Positions 29,376 through 39,799 of a stretch of 64,000 nucleotides of DNA are shown here, piece after piece (positions within the stretch are counted from its first letter, which is position 1; the number at the start of each line of letters is the position of its first letter). The notes under the pieces were generated by a model. It saw only the letters and a list, made by a program, of their open reading frames with translations. It made no database searches and was not told where the DNA came from. The position numbers and the translations under genes were made by a program. The DNA comes from an uncultured Gemmatimonadales bacterium (lineage in GTDB: Bacteria > Gemmatimonadota > Gemmatimonadetes > Gemmatimonadales > Gemmatimonadaceae): assembly GCA_963707505.1 (NCBI GenBank), contig CAVPQB010000004.1:1-64000 (forward strand), written 5' to 3'.

Positions 29376-29383
<8 letters not shown>
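28039..29383 (-). CDS. ABC-2 (NatB/YhaP-like) permease; frameshift ~28260
   Basis: IVRREYIERVR, EEKMSRVSE, GKVIG. The C-terminal PFSSPI...RIYRVGLLMYGK lies in ORF 28039..28254. Confidence 0.88.
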
Positions 29384-30173
<790 letters not shown>

Positions 30174-30430
30174 TATCGCCAAATATAGGGTCGAACGTGC
30201 TGCACCGCAGTCGGTGAGGGGCTTGCCAAGGTGACTACGGAATGCAGGTTGGATGGCCGGTTCCCATGATTGGCGGGACGCGCCGACGCAATTTTCGCGG
30301 CAAGTAACGATCGAGGGGCCACGCTTCTGAGCGTGGCCCCTCAATGATCGAATCGAACGCCGATCCTCCGGATCGTCCAGTGCCGGAGCACTTCAGCGAG
30401 GCGGTCGCGCGTTGCAACCACCCCGCCTAC

Positions 30431-30865
30431 TCACTTCGTGACATTCGTAGCTACCGTCCGCTCGCCAACTGTAAGCACACCGCGCATGCCGAGCAGCTCG
30501 TGCGGATCGCAAACGAAATCGTACTTGCCTACCGTGAAGCGACCGTCGATGACCACATCGTATGTCTGACCCTTGTTCGTCAGATATGGGCCCACCGTGA
30601 TACCACCGAGCTTCGTGCCGCCGGGGTGACTCGTGAAGTGAACGTCGTGCGGGACCGCTTCCTCATCAATGAAGCGCACGGTGTCGCCGTGTACGGCAGT
30701 GACGCTCGACGGTTCAAAAGTGTAGGGCGTGCTGCCCGGCTTCACCACGAGCTTGACGACGATTACGTGAGCGCCGTCCGACGTAGTGCTCTGAGCAACT
30801 GCTGCAGGCGACGTGGCAAACAGCGCTGCGACGGATGCTACGATCAGAAATGATGTGTGAGACAT
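30431..30865 (-). CDS. Plastocyanin/azurin-like type-1 copper protein
   Basis: Signal peptide; FEPSSVTAVHGDTV; ligands PHDV and YDFVCDPH...M. Confidence 0.9.
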   Translation of the reverse strand: MSHTSFLIVASVAALFATSPAAVAQSTTSDGAHVIVVKLVVKPGSTPYTFEPSSVTAVHGDTVRFIDEEAVPHDVHFTSHPGGTKLGGITVGPYLTNKGQTYDVVIDGRFTVGKYDFVCDPHELLGMRGVLTVGERTVATNVTK

Positions 30866-31156
30866 GATCGCTACCTCGGGTTACGTGTGAGCATTGCAGC
30901 ACTGAAAGTCCATGCACCTGAACGTTAAGTCTCGCGAAGTCACGCGCACATCGGCGTTTGCCTGAACTTTTGTCGGGCAAATCACTCGCGTGACGCACGT
31001 AAAGAATGCGTAAAGTCGCGGTGTGTCAGTGTTTCCTTTACGTCCTTGTAGGTGGACGGGGAAGTGACGATTCCAGATTCAACATCGCCGAATTTCTTCA
31101 TTGCGGATGTGCACTGACAGCCGTACTGTTAGCAATCTCTCAAGGGAGCCTTACCC

Positions 31157-32713
31157 ATGATCGGCGTGCGCTTGCTTGAAATGTTTTCGTGTAGTCACCA
31201 ACGTTCATCGCATTGCTGCGTGTACTTCATGAGCGCTGCAGTGAGTCTCGCCGCGATCGGCGCGCCGTTCGCATCCGCGTCGGCACGAACAGTATCGGCA
31301 CGAACAGCATCGGCACGAACAGCGTCGACACGCTCGCATAGATTCGACGTTGTGCCTGGAATGAGTGCGACGCGGATCGTTGCACCGCGCGGCTTTTTCG
31401 CGGCGCTCGACAAGGCGCAGGGTGCAGCCTTCGTTCACACTTCGGCGATGGTGCCCAGCTTCTCGCGTCAGACAAAGCTTGCGTGCAGCGCGTGTCATTA
31501 TGCGTTCCCGCAGCTCACGCCATTCGGAAGGCGGTTCAAGCTCAATGGGTATACGCTGACGGGTATCTCGACCATCGGGGAGCCCGCCGACACGTCGGGT
31601 GGATTGAAGCTTGCGTCGATTCCGCCAGTTGCTGCGATGGTGGTGGCGTCCGTGACCCGCACGAATACCGCGCAGCCCGGCGCGCAGAACAATACGGCGG
31701 CATTCCCGGACCAGGCGAGCATATTCGTCGCCGGTCAATTGACTGCCAATCTCGGCGCATTCACACAGTTCACCTATGCGTCGCCGGACGGCTCGTTCGG
31801 TATCGACAACGTGGATATCCGCTACGCGCGTCATGCGACGATGGCGAGTCGGGATGTGCTTCTCGGTCTGACCCTTCACAACAATCCCACGGTCCAGGAC
31901 GTCTGGAACACGACTCCTGCGTGGAGCTATCCATTCATGTCCTCCTCGGTGGCGCCATCGCCGATGGCCAGTACTCTCATCGATGGAGCCCTCGCGCAAC
32001 AGGTGGTCGGATTGGGCGTGTATTCGCTGTTCGACAACATCCTGTACGCCGAAGCGACCGCCTATCGCTCCGCGCCGCAGGGCGGCGCAATGCCCCTCGA
32101 CTCGACCGCCTCGAATACGACAAGTGGAGTGGTGCGCTACTGGCGTCTCGCACTGCAGCACCAGTATGGCCCGACCTACATGATGCTTGGTACGTATGGC
32201 TTCGCTGCGAATCTCTATCCGCAGGGCGTGACCGGCCCGACCAATCGGTACACGGACATCGGGGTGGATGCGCAGGTGGAGCACGGCATGGGTACGACGA
32301 TGGTCATCGGCCGGGCGACGTACATCCATGAGCAGCAACGGCTCGACGCGTTCCTCTCCAATGGTGCGCAGGCAGCAGTGCAATTGAAGCCGACACTGGC
32401 GACACTGCGCGCGAACGTGAGCGTGCTCGCCAATCAGCGCTACGGAGCTACGGTCGGATTCTTCCAGACCACCGGTACGAGAGATACTCTTCTTTTCGCT
32501 CCAGCTGCATTCAGCGGCAGCCGCACTGGCAGCCCCAACACGACCGGCGAGACTGCGGAGCTGACCTACAACGCCTGGGAGAACACACGGGTGGGTCTGC
32601 AGTACGTGTACTACAGCAAGTTCAACGGTGCATCTACCGCTTATGATATCGCTGGCGGGCGGAGGGCGTCGGACAACAACACCCTCTACCTGTACACGTG
32701 GCTGGCGTTCTAG
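31157..32713 (+). CDS. cyc2: Cyc2-type fused monoheme cytochrome-porin
   Basis: VPSFSRQTKLACSACHYAFPQLTPFGRRFKLNGY, followed by a beta-barrel region (NNPTVQDVWNTTPAW) and C-terminal YLYTWLAF. The start may be ATG 31229. Confidence 0.82.
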   Translation: MIGVRLLEMFSCSHQRSSHCCVYFMSAAVSLAAIGAPFASASARTVSARTASARTASTRSHRFDVVPGMSATRIVAPRGFFAALDKAQGAAFVHTSAMVPSFSRQTKLACSACHYAFPQLTPFGRRFKLNGYTLTGISTIGEPADTSGGLKLASIPPVAAMVVASVTRTNTAQPGAQNNTAAFPDQASIFVAGQLTANLGAFTQFTYASPDGSFGIDNVDIRYARHATMASRDVLLGLTLHNNPTVQDVWNTTPAWSYPFMSSSVAPSPMASTLIDGALAQQVVGLGVYSLFDNILYAEATAYRSAPQGGAMPLDSTASNTTSGVVRYWRLALQHQYGPTYMMLGTYGFAANLYPQGVTGPTNRYTDIGVDAQVEHGMGTTMVIGRATYIHEQQRLDAFLSNGAQAAVQLKPTLATLRANVSVLANQRYGATVGFFQTTGTRDTLLFAPAAFSGSRTGSPNTTGETAELTYNAWENTRVGLQYVYYSKFNGASTAYDIAGGRRASDNNTLYLYTWLAF

Positions 32714-32758
32714 TACTGGTCTTCTCGTACTGTAGTTGCACGGTATATCTTCAGCTCG

Positions 32759-32785
32759 GGCGGTGTCGTTACCGACACCGCCTTT
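32759..32785 (+). terminator. Rho-independent terminator after cyc2
   Basis: GGCGGTGTCG-TTAC-CGACACCGCC-TTT. Confidence 0.7.
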
Positions 32786-32859
32786 GCTAAAGATGCCGCC
32801 GCCAGCTATCTATATCGCGAACGCGGCGAAAGTGTGCCCCTAAAACGCGAAGGCTGAGA

Positions 32860-33486
32860 ATGAGCTGGCCATATCTACACACACTCGTCAATCACTTTCC
32901 GATCGTACTGACCGTGATTGGCGCGCTGGCGGTCCTGGTTGCGGCGATGGTACCGCGCAGAGCGACGTGGGTCTATGCCCTATCGACGCTTACTCTGGCT
33001 GGCATAACCATCTATCCGGCGTGGTGGAGTGGTCACAGGGCTGCTCATGCCGTGCACGACGCGTGGTACATCCAGCGCGGCGCCATTCCAACGCACTCGC
33101 AGGCCGCTGACATAACTGTGTGGATCGTCGGTGTCGTCGGTTTGCTGGCACTCCTCGCACTCATCACGATGGTACGAACGCGTGAGGCCGTTTCGCCGGC
33201 GCGCGCTTTACGCATTCTCGTAGGACTCGGCGCTATCGTATCCATCTGCGCCGTTTCTTACACTGGCTACCTGGGCGGAAAGATTGTCGTCGAATCTCCG
33301 ATCCTGGCCAGTCCGACGCCGCCGGTGATCACCGTGCCCGTTCCAACTACCAATTCGACACCAGCAACAACACCAGCAACAACACCAGCAACACCAACTC
33401 CTCAGCCTGCAACTCCGGACTCGGCGCACCCGCCTGCACATCCGACTCCGCAACCGACCGCCGCACCTCAACCGCACGTACCGTAA
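32860..33486 (+). CDS. DUF2231-like membrane protein with Pro/Thr-rich tail
   Basis: YLHTLVNHFPI, conserved-His TM pattern, TGYLGGKI. Confidence 0.7.
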   Translation: MSWPYLHTLVNHFPIVLTVIGALAVLVAAMVPRRATWVYALSTLTLAGITIYPAWWSGHRAAHAVHDAWYIQRGAIPTHSQAADITVWIVGVVGLLALLALITMVRTREAVSPARALRILVGLGAIVSICAVSYTGYLGGKIVVESPILASPTPPVITVPVPTTNSTPATTPATTPATPTPQPATPDSAHPPAHPTPQPTAAPQPHVP

Positions 33487-33493
33487 CACGTCA

Positions 33494-34291
33494 GTGCGCA
33501 CCGCCGCGTCCCGACTCACGATCGCGCATGTCAGTGCGTGGGTGCTGGGCGCGTTGTTACTGCTGTTCCTTGCGGTCCCGATAATACTTCTCGTCGTACT
33601 GGGTGGCGCAGGGATAGGAAGCGCTCTGCGCGATCGCGACATGATCGCGGCTCTGGAGACCACGTTCGTAACTGCGACCGTAGCGACATTTCTCGCGGCG
33701 TTGTGCGGATCGCCAATCGCGTACGCGCTGTCGCGGGCGAAATTCCGCGGCCGCGCTTTCATCGCGGCGATAGTCGATCTACCGCTGCTGATCCCGCATC
33801 CGGTCGCGGGAATAGCGATCCTGCTGTTGGTCAGTCGAGATACAGTGTTAGGCAGCACGCTGCTGGATCTCGGATTGCGTGTGGTTGGCACTCCGGCGGG
33901 AATCGTCGCGGCGATGCTTTTTGTCTCCGCGCCGCTGTACGTCAGCGCGGCGCGAGAGGCGTTCGCGCGCGTGGACAGGCGCTACGAATTCGTCGCGCGG
34001 ACGCTTGGCGATACGTCATGGGCTGCGTTTCGCAGGGTGACATTCCCCATGGCGCGTCGCGGGCTGGCGTCGGCGGCGATTGTAACATGGGCGCGTGCCG
34101 TGAGTGAATTCGGCGCAGTTGTCGTGCTGGCCTACAACCCAAAGGTTGTAAGCGTGCTGAGCTACGACCGCTTCACGACCGGGGGACTGCGAGACGCTCT
34201 GCCGATCGCGGCGACGCTCGTGTTGGTGTCACTCGTGCCGCTGCTCCTGCTGCGGGCATTGCGGTACGACCGAAGCAGCGAGGCAGTGTGA
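33494..34291 (+). CDS. Molybdate/tungstate ABC permease (ModB/WtpB-like)
   Basis: DLPLLIPHPVAGIA, ARTLG, WARAVSEFGA. Confidence 0.85.
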   Translation: MRTAASRLTIAHVSAWVLGALLLLFLAVPIILLVVLGGAGIGSALRDRDMIAALETTFVTATVATFLAALCGSPIAYALSRAKFRGRAFIAAIVDLPLLIPHPVAGIAILLLVSRDTVLGSTLLDLGLRVVGTPAGIVAAMLFVSAPLYVSAAREAFARVDRRYEFVARTLGDTSWAAFRRVTFPMARRGLASAAIVTWARAVSEFGAVVVLAYNPKVVSVLSYDRFTTGGLRDALPIAATLVLVSLVPLLLLRALRYDRSSEAV

Positions 34292-34914
34292 CGATCGAAT
34301 GCCGCGCAATCTGCACACGCGTCGGCGGCTTCCAGCTGCGTGACGTCTCGCTCGCTGTTCCGACGGGCGGTCATGCGGTCATCACGGGGCCGACGGCGTC
34401 CGGAAAGACCACACTGCTCGAGGTGATAGCGGGTGCAGACATGCCGATCTCGGGGCACGTGATAGCGGGCGATGTCGACGTTACGTTCGCACCACCGGAA
34501 TCGCGCGGAATCGGCCTCGTGCCACAACATGGCTATCTCTTTCCGCATCTCGATGCTCGGCGGAACATCGAGTACGGTGCGGTCGGAGAGAGAACCGCGG
34601 GCGATCTCGCACGACGCTTCGGCGTGAATCATCTGATGCAGCGATTCGTGTCGTCGTTGAGCGGCGGCGAGCGCCAGCTCGTTGCGCTGTGTCGCGCTCT
34701 TGCGGCGCGCCCTTCCGTCCTGTTGCTGGATGAGCCCTTCTCGGCCCTCGATGCGACCCGCCGCGCAGCGGCGCTCAGCGAGTTTGCCTCGCTCCAGATC
34801 GAGTGGGCATTCACCGTCCTTCACGTAACTCACGTGGAATCAGACGCGATAGGCGCAACGCAACGGTTCGAAATGAACGATGGTGAACTGCGCGCGGCCT
34901 CTACCGCAACCTGA
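34288..34914 (+). CDS. Molybdate/tungstate ABC ATPase (ModC/WtpC-like)
   Basis: GPTASGKTT, LFPHL, LSGGERQ, LLLDEPFSALD. Confidence 0.85.
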   Translation: MTIECRAICTRVGGFQLRDVSLAVPTGGHAVITGPTASGKTTLLEVIAGADMPISGHVIAGDVDVTFAPPESRGIGLVPQHGYLFPHLDARRNIEYGAVGERTAGDLARRFGVNHLMQRFVSSLSGGERQLVALCRALAARPSVLLLDEPFSALDATRRAAALSEFASLQIEWAFTVLHVTHVESDAIGATQRFEMNDGELRAASTAT

Positions 34915-36655
34915 TCTCGCGCGCTATCTGAGTCCGGTGCGCGTCATCGACACCGACCGCGACCGACACCTGATAGGTTCCCGCTGGCAACTGCGCCAGA
35001 TCCACCACGACTGAATGCGAGGCGATGCCACTGCTCGCGTACGTGTCATGCCACCGGACAGCGAGTGGAGAATCGCGTCCCACTATGTGAAGAGCCTGGC
35101 CGAGCCATCTCAGCACTCCCCCGTCGGTGCGCACAACTGTCACGAGTACCGATGATGAATCCGGCGTAGCACCCGAAGTGGCACCCGAAGTAGCACCCGA
35201 AGTAGCAACAGAAGTAGCAACAGACTGTGAGTCCGTATCGGCAGTCAATGCGTGAGGTTCACCGGATGAATCCGGTTTTGTCGCGCCGTACTCTTCCCAG
35301 TACAAGCCCAGTCGTCGCGCTCCGTGAAGGTCGCTGGAAGTGAGCGCGTGCGTCAGCGCATCGTCAAGCGATTCGACAGTTGCGCTGGAATCGGCTGCGA
35401 ACAGCAGCAGCGTCGAGAGATCGGGCGCGCCGATGGCATGATGCGGCGGCGCCAGCCATTCGCGCGCTCGGGCATCGCGCAGCCGGACGGGATCGAACGC
35501 CTCCATCGCAACCATCTCGCCCTTCCACCCGCTGTGTGCGCGACGCACACGGCCATGGTGCGCGCCCGGCACGCCGGTGTCGTTCGGTGCACCGGATACG
35601 CCAAGCAGCGCCGTGCCCAGCGTCGTGTCTGAATAGACTGCGACCACAAGCGCTGAATCGCCGCGTTTCATCATCGCGAATTGTGCATCGAGCGGTGCGA
35701 GCGTGTCGATGTATGGCGGAGCATAGGTCTCCCTCGCGACCGGCGCGTAGGCGTCCCAGGATGCACTATCTCCGTGAATCTCTGCGGCGAAGTGAAAGCT
35801 CGGAAGTCGGTCGTGGCCAATTGGAGTCTCGAATGTTGTGTATGGCCCCGGCCACGAAACACTGTACCAGAGCGGCTCGCCATATCTGATGAGCATCTCC
35901 CGCATATCCTGACCCCACGGGAGTCCGTATGCGTTTGTCGCGGTCTCGGAGAGGTCCGCGATCAACATGCGCGAGAAATGCTCGGTTCGCCGGTCGTTCC
36001 CACGAACCGCAAACGACGGCTGCGCCAGATCCCAGAAGCGCTTCTCCACGGAATCACGCTGCCCGCAAGGCAACGCATCGTAACTGGCGCGCTCGTCGTC
36101 ATCGAGCAGCACCGAGATGTCATTCCACCTGCAGCGCTCGTCCGCTGGCATCTTCGCAAGCGCGCTGTCGAATGCAGCCGCCGCGTCGCCGTATCGCTCC
36201 GACGCATGAAGCGCATAGCCCAGCAGCGCTTTACAATACCAGCGCGGCGGCGCGCACGACCGCGCGACCGACACCGCAGCCGAATCCTCGCCGGCTTCGA
36301 CCATGTACCGCACACGCTCACCGGCGATCCAGTCGTCGCCAGGCGATACCGCGTTGAGACTGGCGAGCGTCGCGATCAGCGACTGCCGTGCTCTCAGAAT
36401 CGAGCTTGCCTCAGGACGCGGTTCCTCCGAACCATCATCCCGCCAGTGGCACATGCGGCCGATCACCGCATCGCACGGATGGTTGTCCGGCTCTCCAATA
36501 CGCGGAAGCGACTCGCGCCGGCCGCGCTCGAAACGGCTCTGCGCGGAATGCGCTTCGCTCAGTACACGAAGAGAGTCTCCGCGCTGTAGTTGTGATCGCG
36601 CGGTTGCCGGAACAATGAGACAGCAAATGCTGATAACCCATCGAGCGCCAGGCAT
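34901..36655 (-). CDS. Secreted hypothetical protein with GWxTD-like region
   Basis: Signal peptide; FWDLAQP...NDRRTEHFSR...EMLIRYGEP; C-terminal Ig-like LPAGTYQVSV. Confidence 0.6.
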   Translation of the reverse strand: MPGARWVISICCLIVPATARSQLQRGDSLRVLSEAHSAQSRFERGRRESLPRIGEPDNHPCDAVIGRMCHWRDDGSEEPRPEASSILRARQSLIATLASLNAVSPGDDWIAGERVRYMVEAGEDSAAVSVARSCAPPRWYCKALLGYALHASERYGDAAAAFDSALAKMPADERCRWNDISVLLDDDERASYDALPCGQRDSVEKRFWDLAQPSFAVRGNDRRTEHFSRMLIADLSETATNAYGLPWGQDMREMLIRYGEPLWYSVSWPGPYTTFETPIGHDRLPSFHFAAEIHGDSASWDAYAPVARETYAPPYIDTLAPLDAQFAMMKRGDSALVVAVYSDTTLGTALLGVSGAPNDTGVPGAHHGRVRRAHSGWKGEMVAMEAFDPVRLRDARAREWLAPPHHAIGAPDLSTLLLFAADSSATVESLDDALTHALTSSDLHGARRLGLYWEEYGATKPDSSGEPHALTADTDSQSVATSVATSGATSGATSGATPDSSSVLVTVVRTDGGVLRWLGQALHIVGRDSPLAVRWHDTYASSGIASHSVVVDLAQLPAGTYQVSVAVGVDDAHRTQIAREIRLR

Positions 36656-36675
36656 CGTTGCACCCTATAGCCGGT

Positions 36676-36816
36676 CTAGCTTCTCCAATCCAGTGGACCC
36701 GATGCAAGCAATGTTCCGCTCTCGTACAACGTTCGCAGGTAGGCGCGGTGCTCGTCGGTCCGAGTGAACACTTCATCCAGTGCTCGGCGATACCTGATGA
36801 TCGCAATCGCGTACAT
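36676..36816 (-). pseudogene. Truncated YciI-family protein
   Basis: MYAIAIIRYRR...EHRAYL...LLASGP then a stop after 46 aa. The ATG overlaps the sufU TGA. Confidence 0.65.
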
Positions 36817-37289
36817 CAGTCCGCCTCCGGCCCGTCGCCGGCCTGCTGCTCCGACGCGGACCTGGCCAGACCCTGTTCCAGCGCGTTCCACGCGAGCAGC
36901 GCACATTTTACCCGCGCCGGAAAACGCGCGACACCCGCAAGTGCCCGGGCTCTGCCGAGTGTGGCATCGCTCGCCGCGTCAGTATCGCCCATAACCATTG
37001 CGCGAAAACGCTCGCCGAGCTGGCCGATCTCGCTGGCACGCTTGCCCTTGACCATCTCGGTCATCATGCTCGTGGACGCCTGGGAGATGGAACAACCGCG
37101 GCCGGTGAAGCGAACGTCGGCAACCTCGTCGCCATTCATCTCCAGCTCGAGCGTTATCTCGTCGCCGCAGAGCGGATTCCGCATTGGTACCGAGATGCTC
37201 GCGTGCTCCAGCGTTCCCTTGTTCCGGGGACGCCGATAGTGATCCAGGATGATGTCCTGGTAAAGCGCGGTCAGCGATGCGTCTGCCAT
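36816..37289 (-). CDS. sufU: SUF system NifU/SufU-type Fe-S assembly protein
   Basis: LYQDIILDHY, NPLCGDE, GCSISQAS, RVKCALLAW. Confidence 0.93.
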   Translation of the reverse strand: MADASLTALYQDIILDHYRRPRNKGTLEHASISVPMRNPLCGDEITLELEMNGDEVADVRFTGRGCSISQASTSMMTEMVKGKRASEIGQLGERFRAMVMGDTDAASDATLGRARALAGVARFPARVKCALLAWNALEQGLARSASEQQAGDGPEAD

Positions 37290-37440
37290 TCCATCTCAAA
37301 TATACTCGGCGCCCTTCCAGCCATCCGATGGCGGCCGCGTCGCTCGCATCTAAGGAAAGGCATCACAAAATCTTTTCTGGCGCGTGGCGGCAGCACCGTT
37401 CGAGCCACACATTTCCTGCGACTGCTCACCCAATGATGCC

Positions 37441-39006
37441 ATGCTAACCGCGCCGTTGAAACGTCGCACCAGTTCCAGCCACACCAGTTCCAGCCACACC
37501 AGTTCCAGCCATGCCAGCGCCAGCTTGCGAAACAATCGATTTACAACGTTGGCGGCGATTCCGATTCTCGTTGCGGTGATGCTCTCGTCGCCGGCGACGT
37601 CCCGAGCGTCCACCGCGGGCCGAGCTCGCTTTACGCGCTCCATGCGACAACGCTCCGACACCGGCGAAACGGCGAGCCTGACAGGCACTGTGTACGATAG
37701 CGTAACCAACGCTCCGCTGGCGGAAGCTCAGGTGCAGCTCGTGGATGTCGATCACCGCACGAGAGCGTACACCGTTCGCTCCGACTCACTCGGACGATTC
37801 CGCATTCCAGCGATGGCGCCGGGCCGCTACACAGCCGGCTTCTTTCACCCATCCGTCGACGCGCTCGGCATCGAGCCCCCACTCAGATCGGCGACGATTC
37901 ACGCCGGCGACAACGTGCTCGAACTGGTGATTCCGGGCCCCGCGCGGATCATGGCGGCGGTGTGCGGTGAGCAGCCGGCGAGTGACTCGTCCGGCGCGAT
38001 CGCCGGTGTCGTGCGAGACGCTGCGTCCGGCCTGCCGATCGGCAACGCCAAGGTCGTCGTCACGTGGCGCGAAATAGTGATCGACAAACGCGGCCTCGTT
38101 TCAGAGACGCGACGAGTGCCCGTGCAAACGGGAGAGGATGGCGGCTATCGCATATGCAAGCTGCCCGGCGCCGACACCGTGCTGGCAAGCGCCGAGCTGG
38201 GCGCAAGACGATCCGGACTCGTGGAGGTTGGAATCCCGATCGGCGGCATAACGCGACGCGATTTCTCGCTCGGCGATTCCAGTTCCGCCGTCGCAGTGCG
38301 CACCGACTCCAACTCGAGCGTGAGCGCCGATGTACAACGCGCGACCACGCTCCTGCGCGGCTCGGCGGCTCTATCAGGTCTCGTACATGGCGCCGACGGA
38401 AAGCCGATGCAGGGCGCCACGATAATGGTGTGGGGAACCGGCCTCGAAACCAGGAGCAGGGCCGACGGTCGCTTCGCGCTCACCGGTCTTCCCGCAGGCA
38501 CCTTCAGCGTCGAGGCTCGTATGCTCGGTTACGAGCCCAGGCGCGTCGCCGTCGATCTGTCGCCGCAAACGCCGGCAACCGTCAATCTCGAGTTCAGGGA
38601 TCGCGTGCAACAACTGTCACGCGTGGTGGTCATGGGCAAGCCGTCACGCACGGCCGGTGACATCGTGGGCTTTCTGGAGCGATCGCGCAACGGAATGGGG
38701 CATTACATCACTGCGTCCGATAACGTGCTCAAGAATGCACTCAACGCCACCGACGCGCTCCGCATGACGCCCGGAGTTCAGGTGGTGCCCGGTAGCGGCT
38801 TCGGTCACGTAATCCTTATGCGCGGAGGATGTGTCCCAGTTGTGTACGTGGATGGCATGCAGATGCAGGACGGTTACTCGACCCTGGATGACATAGTGCC
38901 ACCGCAACAGGTTGCGGGAATGGAGATCTACGCCGGACTCGGCGAGGCGCCCGTGCAGTACCAGTCCAACGGATGCGGAGTACTTTTGGTCTGGACCAAA
39001 CGTTGA
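37441..39006 (+). CDS. Carboxypeptidase-regulatory-like repeats + TonB-plug-like domain, no barrel
   Basis: Three G.V.D..G.P...A.V repeats; DALRMTPGV...VYVDG...GMEIY...CGVLLVWT. The start is uncertain. Confidence 0.75.
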   Translation: MLTAPLKRRTSSSHTSSSHTSSSHASASLRNNRFTTLAAIPILVAVMLSSPATSRASTAGRARFTRSMRQRSDTGETASLTGTVYDSVTNAPLAEAQVQLVDVDHRTRAYTVRSDSLGRFRIPAMAPGRYTAGFFHPSVDALGIEPPLRSATIHAGDNVLELVIPGPARIMAAVCGEQPASDSSGAIAGVVRDAASGLPIGNAKVVVTWREIVIDKRGLVSETRRVPVQTGEDGGYRICKLPGADTVLASAELGARRSGLVEVGIPIGGITRRDFSLGDSSSAVAVRTDSNSSVSADVQRATTLLRGSAALSGLVHGADGKPMQGATIMVWGTGLETRSRADGRFALTGLPAGTFSVEARMLGYEPRRVAVDLSPQTPATVNLEFRDRVQQLSRVVVMGKPSRTAGDIVGFLERSRNGMGHYITASDNVLKNALNATDALRMTPGVQVVPGSGFGHVILMRGGCVPVVYVDGMQMQDGYSTLDDIVPPQQVAGMEIYAGLGEAPVQYQSNGCGVLLVWTKR

Positions 39007-39024
39007 TCCACGGAGGATGGAATC

Positions 39025-39747
39025 GTGAATTTCGATTTGATGCGTCAGTACCTCGGCGTCTGTGCCGTGATCGCATTCGCGACTCCTTCGGTATCCGGTG
39101 CGCAGATGAGTCTGCGAGGAACGCCGCGCATGGAAGCGGGGGCTGCGTTCGAATTCGCGCAGCCAACCGGTGATTTTCGCCAGAACGTCCGCCAGGGATT
39201 CGGAGGCGCCGGACATTTCGTTCTCGGACTCGACCCTCAGGCGATCGTCGGAATTCGTGTCGACGCCGGCTTCATCAACTACGGCAACGATACCCACTAC
39301 GTGCCGTTCAGCTCCAGCGTGCGCCGGATCATCGTGCGCGAAGAAACCTCCAACAACATCTTCGTTGCGAGCGTCGGTCCACAGTTGACGCTCCCGATCG
39401 GTCGCGTGCGGCCGTACGTGAACGCCGGTATCGGCCTGGCGTATTTCTTTACACAGACCTCGCTCACGACGGACGACAATTCCCAGCAGATCGCGCAGAC
39501 CACCAACTACAGCGACAACTCGCTCGCCTACACCGGCGGCGCTGGCTTCAACGTCCCACTGACATCCGGCAGTTCGCCGATGTCACTCAACGTCGGCGCG
39601 CGCTACAACTCGATCTCGAGCGCCAGATATCTGACTAAGGGCGACATAATGGATGATCCGAACAGCCAGTACGGAATCATCATCACGCCGCACGAGTCAG
39701 CCGCGGATTTCATCACGTACCAGCTCGGGATTTCGTTCCGGTTCTAG
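39025..39747 (+). CDS. Small outer-membrane beta-barrel protein
   Basis: Signal peptide; VRPYVNAGIG; C-terminal YQLGISFRF; GGAGG SD. Confidence 0.8.
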   Translation: MNFDLMRQYLGVCAVIAFATPSVSGAQMSLRGTPRMEAGAAFEFAQPTGDFRQNVRQGFGGAGHFVLGLDPQAIVGIRVDAGFINYGNDTHYVPFSSSVRRIIVREETSNNIFVASVGPQLTLPIGRVRPYVNAGIGLAYFFTQTSLTTDDNSQQIAQTTNYSDNSLAYTGGAGFNVPLTSGSSPMSLNVGARYNSISSARYLTKGDIMDDPNSQYGIIITPHESAADFITYQLGISFRF

Positions 39748-39799
39748 AGCGGAGCGCCTGGAAAGCGAATGTGGGGCACGGATGCATCCCTGCCTGTCG

